DNA of 64,000 nucleotides from contig WJKK01000001.1 of assembly GCA_014729135.1 (NCBI GenBank), forward strand, positions 455,599 through 519,598, in the 5' to 3' direction. The position numbers and the translations under genes are program-made. A model generated the notes under the pieces. That model was not told the DNA's origin, did not search any database, and saw only the letters and a list, made by a program, of their open reading frames with translations. This DNA comes from a candidate division WWE3 bacterium. GTDB lineage: Bacteria; Patescibacteriota; WWE3; UBA101185; UBA10185. Positions within the stretch are counted from its first letter, which is position 1. Each line of letters opens with the position of its first letter. Positions 56,019-64,000 of the stretch are shown here, piece after piece.

Positions 56019-58082
56019 GTGTTTAAGTTAATTTCAGACTACAAACCTACCGGTGATCAACCGCAAGCAATTAAGCAGCTTACAGAAGGTATCGAAAAAG
56101 GCAAAAAGCATCAGGTTCTTTTGGGTACTACAGGTAGCGGTAAAACTTATTCTGCTGCAAATGTTATAGCCAATGTAAACAAACCCACACTTGTGATTTC
56201 GCATAATAAAACCCTAGCAGCGCAACTTTATCAGGAATTTAGAGATTACTTTCCTGAAAATGCTGTTGAATATTTTGTAAGTTATTACGATTATTATCAG
56301 CCGGAAAGTTACATTCCTTCAACAGATACTTACATAGAAAAGGATGCAGATATAAATGAGGAAATTGACAAGTTGCGCCTTTCTACAACAACTTCTTTAA
56401 TGACGCGTGAGGATGTTATTGTTGTGGCTTCAGTTTCGTGTATTTATAACTTGGGATCTCCCGCAGAGTATTCAAAAATTGCTTTGGAGTTGCGGGAAGG
56501 TATGAAGCTTCGTATGACGGATTTGCTGACACGTTTAACGCAGCTTTTTTATGAAAGAAATGATGTTAACTTTACCCGCGGGGCTTTTAGAGTTAAGGGC
56601 GATGTAGTTGATGTTTTCCCGGCTTATCAGGATTACGCTACTCGTTTGGAAGTGTTTAACGACGTTTTAACTAAGGTTAGTTTTTTTGATCCTTTAACGG
56701 GAGAGATCTTGAATAAAAAGGGTCTTCCGGTTAAGCGTAAAGGAAGCGCCACTCGAAAAAACACTCAAGATGAAAAGGATTATGCAGATCATATGGCAGC
56801 TCAACCGGGTTTAGTTCTAATTTATCCCGCAAAGCACTATGTTGCTGCAGAGGAAAATCGCGAAGAGGCTTTTGAGCAAATCCAAAAAGATCTAAAGTCT
56901 CGTTTAAAGGTTTTGCGTCAGGCCGGCAAAGATTTGGAAGCCTATCGTTTAAAGCAAAAGACTGAATATGATCTGGAAATGATGCGCGAAATAGGTTATT
57001 GCAAAGGTATTGAAAATTACTCTCGTTACTTTGATGGACGTTCTCCGGGGGAAGCGCCTTATACTCTTCTGGACTTTTTTCCTGAGGACTATCTAACAAT
57101 AATAGACGAGTCTCACATAACGGTTCCGCAAATTAGAGGCATGCACAATGGTGATCGCTCTCGAAAGGAGACGCTTATTGATTACGGTTTTAGGCTTCCA
57201 TCTGCGCTAGATAATCGCCCCTTAAACTTTACGGAGTTTCAAAAGCGTATGAATCAAGTGATTTACACAAGTGCAACTCCGAAGGATTGGGAGATAAACA
57301 AGTCGCGTGGTCGTGTTATAGAGCAAATAATTCGCCCTACAGGAATTGTGGATCCGGAAATTCAGGTTTTACCCACGGAGAATCAGGTTCCTGATTTGTT
57401 GCAGCGTATTAAGGAGCGCATTGATCGAAAAGAGCGCGTTCTTGTTACAACTTTAACCAAAAAGATGGCGGAGGAGTTGGCAAATTACTTTATAGAAAAG
57501 GGTATTAAGGCCACTTATTTGCATTCTAATATTGATACTTTGGAGCGTACTGATATTTTGGATGATTTGCGCAAAGGTAAACATGACGTTTTAGTGGGGA
57601 TTAATTTGTTACGGGAAGGTCTGGATTTGCCTGAAGTTTCCCTAGTGGCAATTTTAGATGCTGATAAAGAAGGTTTTTTGCGATCTGAAGGCGCTTTAAT
57701 TCAGATTATGGGAAGGGCTGCTCGCCACATTTCAGGTGAGGTGGTTATGTATGCGGATAATATGACGGGAAGTATGCAACGTGCTATTGATGAGGTTAAT
57801 CGTCGTCGTGAGATTCAGCTAGCCTATAATGAGGAGCATAATATTACACCTCAGCAGATTGTTAAGCCTATTAGAGAGCGTTTAATTCAGCAGCTTTCCT
57901 CTGAGAAGGGGGATGAAGAGGCTGTTCTAAAGCAGGAGTTGTCGCAGCTGCCTCCGGATGAGTTAGAGGAGGAAAGAGCTCGTTTAGAAAAGCTTATGCA
58001 CTACGAAGCGGAGGTTTTAAACTTTGAGAAAGCTGCAGAGTATCGGGATCTCATTAGGAAAATCAACAAACTTATAGTATAA
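56019..58082 (+). CDS. uvrB: excinuclease ABC subunit B
   Basis: PTGDQPQAI, GTTGSGKT, YYDYYQPE, DESH and C-terminal UVR motif. Confidence 0.97.
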   Translation: MFKLISDYKPTGDQPQAIKQLTEGIEKGKKHQVLLGTTGSGKTYSAANVIANVNKPTLVISHNKTLAAQLYQEFRDYFPENAVEYFVSYYDYYQPESYIPSTDTYIEKDADINEEIDKLRLSTTTSLMTREDVIVVASVSCIYNLGSPAEYSKIALELREGMKLRMTDLLTRLTQLFYERNDVNFTRGAFRVKGDVVDVFPAYQDYATRLEVFNDVLTKVSFFDPLTGEILNKKGLPVKRKGSATRKNTQDEKDYADHMAAQPGLVLIYPAKHYVAAEENREEAFEQIQKDLKSRLKVLRQAGKDLEAYRLKQKTEYDLEMMREIGYCKGIENYSRYFDGRSPGEAPYTLLDFFPEDYLTIIDESHITVPQIRGMHNGDRSRKETLIDYGFRLPSALDNRPLNFTEFQKRMNQVIYTSATPKDWEINKSRGRVIEQIIRPTGIVDPEIQVLPTENQVPDLLQRIKERIDRKERVLVTTLTKKMAEELANYFIEKGIKATYLHSNIDTLERTDILDDLRKGKHDVLVGINLLREGLDLPEVSLVAILDADKEGFLRSEGALIQIMGRAARHISGEVVMYADNMTGSMQRAIDEVNRRREIQLAYNEEHNITPQQIVKPIRERLIQQLSSEKGDEEAVLKQELSQLPPDELEEERARLEKLMHYEAEVLNFEKAAEYRDLIRKINKLIV

Positions 58083-58098
58083 TGTACCCCATAATCTT

Positions 58099-60759
58099 AT
58101 GCTAGGGGATGTAATAAATAAGTTAATACAATTTCAGATTTTTCTTGGACGCTTAGTTATTAATGCGGTATTGGGTGTATTGAAAGGACTTTTCTTTCTA
58201 ACTTTTTATTCTTTAAAGCTTTTGCTTACAGGACTATTGTGGGTACTAGATGCTTTAGCTCATCTTAAGTTTTTACCTCAGGTAGGCTATTCTTGGGGGC
58301 AAAAAGCTGCTTTATTTGTGAAGCGTTCCTTGGAGGTGTTTAAAGAAAAAAGGCAGGAACGAAGAGCTCAGAAACAGCTTGTTTGGGAGAGGTGTTTGGA
58401 GGAGAAGTTGAGAAAACAGGCGCAGAGGAAGCTTGAGGAAGGCAGTTCTGTTGAGGAGGGTGTCGATTTAACTGAAGAAGTAGAAACTGATTTTCCCGAG
58501 GAGTCCGCTGGTTTTGAACAAAATTTAGAAAGCTTATCAAAGGCAAATATTTCACCACCACTCCAGCTCCTTCAACTGACAGCTCCTCCCTTTGGAAGAC
58601 GCTTTTTACAGCAGCTGAAAAAAGCCTTAAAAAATACGTTTAATTTTCTGTTAAAAACTATTCTGAAGGCCCTTGGGTTTTTAGTTCTTCTTATAGATGT
58701 CACTTTTTCAACACTTAAAAACATTTTCATCTTTATAATTAGTTTTCCGCTAAATTTGCTAAAAAGGCTACTTCAGCCGGACTTTCTCTTTTTTGTATCT
58801 GGAGTCATTTTTGCGATAGTCTTTATTGTTGCTCCTTTTGAAATTTATCTTTTAGCGGATAGTTTGCCTTCCACAGATTTGTTGGTAGAAAAAGGTAACC
58901 GCCGATCTACTAAGATTTTAGATAGAAATGGAAACCTTCTTTATGAAATTTATGAGGATCGGAAGTACGAACCGGTTGAGTTAGATCAAATTCCTGAACA
59001 CGTTATTCAGGCAACTCTAGCTGTTGAGGATGCTCACTTTTACAAGCACAATGGAATTCGTCCGCTTAGTATGCTCCGCGCTGTTAAAGCAATAGTATTT
59101 GAAGACGATCTTCAAGGAGGTTCTACCATAACGCAGCAGCTTATTAAAAATGTTTTACTGACCCCTGAGCGCACCATTTCACGAAAACTTAAAGAAGTGG
59201 TTTTGGCTGTTTTAGTAGAGAATCGTTATTCCAAAGATCAGATTTTAGAGCTTTACTTGAACAATATTTCTTATGGTGGAACTGCTTGGGGAATCGAGGC
59301 TGCTTCCCAAAAGTTTTTTGACAAGCCTGTTTGGGAGTTGAATTTAGCAGAAGCTTCTATGCTAGCCGGGCTTCCCTCGGCTCCATCGGTTTATTCGCCG
59401 TTAAATAAGGACAGCACTCTAGCTAAGCAGCGTCAAAGATTTGTTCTGGATCGTATGGTGAGGGAGGGCTATATAACAGATGAAGATGCTACTGAAGCTT
59501 CCGAGAAGGACCTGAAGTATGCTTCTCAAAATACATTTATACGTGCGCCCCATTTTGTGTACTATGTACGTTCTTTGTTAGAGCAAAAATATGGTTCTCG
59601 GTTTGTTACGTTTGGGGGACTTACGGTTAAGACAAGTTTAGACCTGGAGTTACAGGAGAAAGTTCAAGATTTGGTTGCTGAAGGTGTGGCGGAAAATTCT
59701 TATTTAAATCTAACTAATGGTGCTGCTGTAGTTTTAGATGCTGAAACGGGTGAAATTTTGGCTTATGTTGGTTCTGTTGACTTTTTTGGAGAGGAGTGGG
59801 GAGCCTTTGATGTTGCCTCTGCAGAGCGTCAGCCGGGTTCTTCCCTAAAGCCTATTACATACGCGCTTGCTATGGAAAGGGGAGATACTCCCGCTACTTT
59901 AATTAATGACTCTCCTACGGCGTTCCCTATTCAGGGTCAAGAACCTTATAAGCCTGTTAACTATGATGGCCGCTTTCATGGGATGGTAACAATTCGGCAG
60001 GCTTTGGCAAATTCCTATAACATTCCTGCAGTTAAGACGGTGCAAAAAGTAACTCCTGAGGGTATGGCAGAATTGGCGCATGAAATGGGATTAAGTACAT
60101 GGACTGAAGACGCTTTCTATGGATTGTCCGTAACTTTAGGCGGGAAAGAGGTTCGTCTAGTAGATTTAACTAATGTTTATGCTACTTTTGCTCGTGGAGG
60201 TGTGTATAAAGATACTAAGCCGCTTTTAAGTGTTAAAGATTCTAACGGTAAGGAGTTGGTAGCCGGATGGTATGAAGAGCCTCGCCGAGTTTTAAGTGAG
60301 GGCGTGTCCTTTTTAATAACGCATATATTGTCCGATAATAATGCGCGTGCGCCTACATTTGGTTATCGCAGTCCTTTGTATATTTCGGAAAATCAGGTAG
60401 CTGTAAAGACGGGTACTACGGATAACAAGCGGGATAACTGGACTTTGGGTTATTCGCCTTCTTATGTAGTGGGAGTTTGGGTCGGGAATAACGATAATAC
60501 TCCGATGAATCAGAATTTGGCTTCAGGTTTAACGGGGGCTGCTCCTATTTGGAACGATATTATGACGCTTGTTTTGGAGGAGGAGACGCAAAATAAGTTC
60601 GTTAAGCCGGATAGTGTTTTCTTAAAAGTGGATGAGGAGTGTGGTCGTCGGGAGTATTTTGTGAAGGGATCTAATGTGCCTGCATTTTTGTGCCCTCAAA
60701 AGGATGATGTTGACGATAAGGATTCTGATAAAGACGACGATTCTGATGATGAACGCTAG
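58099..60759 (+). CDS. class A PBP (PBP1A family) with long N-terminal extension
   Basis: EDAHFYKH, GGSTITQQLIKN, RKLKE, PGSSLK, SYN and KTGT. Confidence 0.93.
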   Translation: MLGDVINKLIQFQIFLGRLVINAVLGVLKGLFFLTFYSLKLLLTGLLWVLDALAHLKFLPQVGYSWGQKAALFVKRSLEVFKEKRQERRAQKQLVWERCLEEKLRKQAQRKLEEGSSVEEGVDLTEEVETDFPEESAGFEQNLESLSKANISPPLQLLQLTAPPFGRRFLQQLKKALKNTFNFLLKTILKALGFLVLLIDVTFSTLKNIFIFIISFPLNLLKRLLQPDFLFFVSGVIFAIVFIVAPFEIYLLADSLPSTDLLVEKGNRRSTKILDRNGNLLYEIYEDRKYEPVELDQIPEHVIQATLAVEDAHFYKHNGIRPLSMLRAVKAIVFEDDLQGGSTITQQLIKNVLLTPERTISRKLKEVVLAVLVENRYSKDQILELYLNNISYGGTAWGIEAASQKFFDKPVWELNLAEASMLAGLPSAPSVYSPLNKDSTLAKQRQRFVLDRMVREGYITDEDATEASEKDLKYASQNTFIRAPHFVYYVRSLLEQKYGSRFVTFGGLTVKTSLDLELQEKVQDLVAEGVAENSYLNLTNGAAVVLDAETGEILAYVGSVDFFGEEWGAFDVASAERQPGSSLKPITYALAMERGDTPATLINDSPTAFPIQGQEPYKPVNYDGRFHGMVTIRQALANSYNIPAVKTVQKVTPEGMAELAHEMGLSTWTEDAFYGLSVTLGGKEVRLVDLTNVYATFARGGVYKDTKPLLSVKDSNGKELVAGWYEEPRRVLSEGVSFLITHILSDNNARAPTFGYRSPLYISENQVAVKTGTTDNKRDNWTLGYSPSYVVGVWVGNNDNTPMNQNLASGLTGAAPIWNDIMTLVLEEETQNKFVKPDSVFLKVDEECGRREYFVKGSNVPAFLCPQKDDVDDKDSDKDDDSDDER

Positions 60760-60811
60760 TAGCCCGATTTTTTTCGATATGCTAACATTTTATTTATAAA
60801 TAGCCATTACA

Positions 60812-61753
60812 GTGAAGAACCTTAGCTTAAAAACAAATTACTCTGTTAATCTTTTCCATTTCGTGGATTCTCTCTCTCGTTGGGATTATTATGTGTCGCC
60901 TCATATACTGGAATTTTTTCAAAGAAATTGGGAGGTTACAGAAGAGGATAAAAAGTTACTAGGGGAGTATAGAAAAAGCAGAAAAGTTTTTGGGTGGGCT
61001 GCTATCTCGGAATTACTTGCATGGTCTTACGCAAAGTTTCCCCACCACAAGGAGTATTCTCCGCTATTTTCTATAATTTCTCACTTCGAATTTCGAGAAG
61101 ATTTATCCGGAAATTCCCTACAATGTAACATCAGCGCCATACTTGAGGAGCTGAATTTTGGAATTGCTTATATGAGGAAAATGATGGTGGACTCTCACCT
61201 TGAAGAAAGGCTGATTAAGATACAGGAACTTTTTGATTCAGAAAGTCCTGATAGCCCTATACCTGTTTATGTTCTCTATTCTTACGAAGAGGGCTCTAGT
61301 TCCGGAAATGCAGATGGTAATTCTATCTATGTTGAGATTCCTAAAGGGGGTGAATTTGAACGGGCCTATCAGATACTTGTACATGAATACGCACATAAGA
61401 TAATACATCCAAATAGTTATTTTCGGGAGTCCTCCTCTGCGCTCGTTCGGGATCTTTCACGGAAAGTGTACCCGCACGTATATAAGGACGAACTCTACGG
61501 CTTTTTTGAGGAAGCCGTAATCTATGCGCTATGTGAAATCCTTTTCTTTTCCCACGATCCTGATCAGAAGATTCAAAATTTGAAAAGGTCTTCTTCCTTA
61601 TCTGATGTAGCTAAGGGTAGATATGCCCACATCTGGAGACTTTCTAAGAACCTAACTTCTCTTTTTGATTTGTATCTACGCGGTATCAAATCCGCTGATG
61701 TGACAATAAAGGATCTAGAAAGAACGCTGGTGAATTATATTGGAGGTGTCTAG
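60812..61753 (+). CDS. hypothetical protein with HExxH zincin-like motif
   Basis: LVHEYAH plus downstream FEEAVI. Confidence 0.6.
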   Translation: MKNLSLKTNYSVNLFHFVDSLSRWDYYVSPHILEFFQRNWEVTEEDKKLLGEYRKSRKVFGWAAISELLAWSYAKFPHHKEYSPLFSIISHFEFREDLSGNSLQCNISAILEELNFGIAYMRKMMVDSHLEERLIKIQELFDSESPDSPIPVYVLYSYEEGSSSGNADGNSIYVEIPKGGEFERAYQILVHEYAHKIIHPNSYFRESSSALVRDLSRKVYPHVYKDELYGFFEEAVIYALCEILFFSHDPDQKIQNLKRSSSLSDVAKGRYAHIWRLSKNLTSLFDLYLRGIKSADVTIKDLERTLVNYIGGV

Positions 61754-61784
61754 GGGCTGGGTTTTTTGTCCCCCTAGTTTTTTT
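61750..61784 (+). terminator. intrinsic terminator
   Basis: CTAGGGG..CCCCTAG followed by T8. Confidence 0.7.
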
Positions 61785-61794
61785 GTGAGTATGT

Positions 61795-61822
61795 TTGCAA
61801 ACCCGAAGAAATACCGTATAAT
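61795..61822 (+). promoter_or_regulatory. uvrA sigma70 promoter overlapped by candidate LexA site
   Basis: TTGCAA-N16-TATAAT, with CCGAA-gaaata-CCGTA at 61803-61818. Confidence 0.6.
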
Positions 61823-61831
61823 TTTGACTTG

Positions 61832-64000
61832 ATGTCGTCTAAAAATCTTGAAAAGCTACAAAAAAATCCTAGAAGCTCTAAAACTTTAGACAAAATAACC
61901 GTAAAAGGTGCTCGGCAGCATAACCTTAAAAACGTAAATCTGGAAATTCCTAAAAATCAATTCGTTGTTTTCACAGGAGTCTCGGGTTCGGGAAAATCTT
62001 CCTTAGCTTTAGATACTCTTTATGCAGAAGGGCAGCGTCGTTATGTTGAAAGCTTATCTTCATATGCGCGTCAGTTCTTGGGTGTCATGGACAAACCTGA
62101 TGTGGACAGCATTGAGGGGCTTTCTCCGGCAATTGCAATTGACCAAAAAACCACCTCCGCTAATCCCCGCTCCACCGTAGGAACCGTAACCGAAATATAC
62201 GACTTTTTCCGCCTTCTATTTGCACGCATTGGCCATCCTCACTGTCCTGAATGCGGCAGGGAGGTTAAACGGCAAAGTTCCGATCAGATTCTTGAGGCAG
62301 TTTTAGACACGATAAAAAGTCAACCTGAATTTTCATCGTCTAAAGGCGTGCGTTTTATGCTTTTAGCTCCTCTAGTTCAAGAGCGCAAGGGGGAATATAC
62401 AGATCTCTTCCAAAACCTGCAGAAACAGGGAATAGTTCGTGCTCGTATAGACGGCCAAATTCGTCGACTTGACTCCGATTTTACACTTCTAAAAAATAAT
62501 AAGCATACAATTGAAGCTTTAATTTCACGGCAGGTGCTGACAAAGAAAAAATATGAAAAAGAAACATCCCAAGTAGAGAGCCTCCTTTTTGGCTCTATGG
62601 AAACAGCTTTAGAATTAAGCGAAGGGCTTTTAATTTTAGCAATAGTAAAGGATGCCTCTTTTGATTTTCCCGAGAATCCTGAAAAAACGGAGGACTTTTT
62701 GTTTTCCGAAAAATTTTCCTGCCCTGTTTGTGATGTGTCTCTTCCTGAAGTAGAGCCCAGAAACTTTTCTTTTAACTCTCCCCAAGGGGCTTGTGAAGAA
62801 TGTGACGGCATTGGAAGCAAGTTGGCAATAGATCCCGATTTAATACTAAATCCAAAGCTTTCGGTTAATGAAGGTGGGATACTCCCTTGGGCAAAGCTTT
62901 CTACAGGAAATACGTGGACTTACCAGAAAATTAAGACGGTAGCCGATGCCCATGACATTTCACTGGATGAGCCTTTAGAAGACCTACCTCCTAAAAAGCT
63001 GGAAATTCTCCTTCAAGGAACCGGAAACAAAACTTACGATGTTTCTTACTTTAAAAATGGGCGTAAAAAAACTTACACAACTCGTTTTGAAGGGGTCATT
63101 CCCAATTTAACCCGCCGCTACCATGAAACAAGCTCAGACTACAGTCGGCGTCAAATTCAAAACTACATGGTTAAAGAGCCTTGTCCTGTTTGTAATGGCG
63201 CGCGTTTAAAGCAGGAGTATCTAGGCGTGACTATAGAAGGCAAAAGTATTCATGATGTTACGCAAATGCCTTTAGGTGAAACGCAACGTTGGTTAAATAA
63301 TCTTTCGCATCAAATAGAACCCACGGAAAAGGAGATAGCAGAGATTATTCTTCGTGAGGCCAATTATCGTCTGAAGTTTTTGCTGGACGTGGGTTTAGGG
63401 TATTTGAATCTGGCTCGTACAGCAGGGCATCTTTCCGGCGGAGAATCTCAAAGGATTCGTCTAGCCTCGCAAATTGGTACCGGACTTTCAGGGATTATGT
63501 ACGTGCTGGATGAGCCCTCAATTGGGCTTCATCAAAAGGACCAAGGACGCCTCATTAACACTTTAAAGCACCTTCGTAATATTGGAAATACTGTCATTGT
63601 GGTGGAGCACGACAAGGACACCATGTTAGAAAGCGATTACATTTTCGACTTTGGTCCGGGAGCCGGTGAGAACGGTGGAGAGATTGTAGCGGAAGGGACT
63701 CCACAGGAGTTGCAGCAAAACAAGAAATCTTTAACAGGTGCTTATCTGTCAGGTCGAAAAGTAGTAGGTCAGGTTGAAGTTTCAACAAAAAAGCAGAAAA
63801 CTGCAGATAATTCAGGAAAATGGCTAAATCTTAAAAAAGCTTCAGGGCGCAACTTAAAAAACATCAATCTGGAGATTCCTCTAGGAAAGTTTACTTGTAT
63901 TACAGGCGTTTCAGGCTCGGGCAAATCTACTTTAATTATGGACACGCTTTTGAAAGCAGTTAAAGAACATTTTGGGTTAAAGGTGGAAGAACGTCCTCTG
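61832..64000 (+). CDS. uvrA: excinuclease ABC subunit A (partial, runs off window end)
   Basis: Translated by eye: KGARQHNLKN, GVSGSGKSSLA, YAEGQRRYVESLS, LSGGESQRIRLA and a second GVSGSGKS near the end. Absent from the ORF track because there is no stop in the window. Confidence 0.97.
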   Translation, partial: MSSKNLEKLQKNPRSSKTLDKITVKGARQHNLKNVNLEIPKNQFVVFTGVSGSGKSSLALDTLYAEGQRRYVESLSSYARQFLGVMDKPDVDSIEGLSPAIAIDQKTTSANPRSTVGTVTEIYDFFRLLFARIGHPHCPECGREVKRQSSDQILEAVLDTIKSQPEFSSSKGVRFMLLAPLVQERKGEYTDLFQNLQKQGIVRARIDGQIRRLDSDFTLLKNNKHTIEALISRQVLTKKKYEKETSQVESLLFGSMETALELSEGLLILAIVKDASFDFPENPEKTEDFLFSEKFSCPVCDVSLPEVEPRNFSFNSPQGACEECDGIGSKLAIDPDLILNPKLSVNEGGILPWAKLSTGNTWTYQKIKTVADAHDISLDEPLEDLPPKKLEILLQGTGNKTYDVSYFKNGRKKTYTTRFEGVIPNLTRRYHETSSDYSRRQIQNYMVKEPCPVCNGARLKQEYLGVTIEGKSIHDVTQMPLGETQRWLNNLSHQIEPTEKEIAEIILREANYRLKFLLDVGLGYLNLARTAGHLSGGESQRIRLASQIGTGLSGIMYVLDEPSIGLHQKDQGRLINTLKHLRNIGNTVIVVEHDKDTMLESDYIFDFGPGAGENGGEIVAEGTPQELQQNKKSLTGAYLSGRKVVGQVEVSTKKQKTADNSGKWLNLKKASGRNLKNINLEIPLGKFTCITGVSGSGKSTLIMDTLLKAVKEHFGLKVEERPL

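Noticed and set aside
62377-63788. Minus-strand ORFs 62377-62820 and 63594-63788
   Set aside because: Antisense shadows of uvrA.

Overview
AT-rich bacterial chromosome segment in genetic code 11. Gene content (DUF4012-type and DUF5667-like domains, alpha2 GlyRS, many GT-C membrane proteins, mostly leaderless genes) suggests Patescibacteria/CPR, possibly Microgenomates/WWE3-like; this is inference. Positions 1-36.5 kb form one large surface-glycan locus: 8 GT2, 6 GT4, 4 GT-C-like membrane proteins including a WaaL/O-OTase-ArnT fusion, 3 SAM methyltransferases, a sulfotransferase, a B12-binding radical SAM enzyme, 2 flippases and an initiating phosphoglycosyl transferase. It contains an internally duplicated GT2-MT-GT2 module. 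Positions 36.5-64 kb are housekeeping: recO, glyQS, mraZ-rsmH-ftsL-ftsI, yraN, LCP, a two-component pair, PMM, ppsA, eno, a broken aminopeptidase/argS junction, a DedA-phosphoglycerate mutase fusion, lexA, uvrB, PBP1A and a partial uvrA. The most novel signal is non-coding: about six dispersed nested-hairpin elements. Their outer stems are unrelated, but most share an ACTTTT..stem..CGTR core. Two copies show a compensatory base-pair change, G.T pairs mark one folding strand in most copies, and one copy sits in frame inside a gene. All family assignments come from motifs read by eye, not from database searches.
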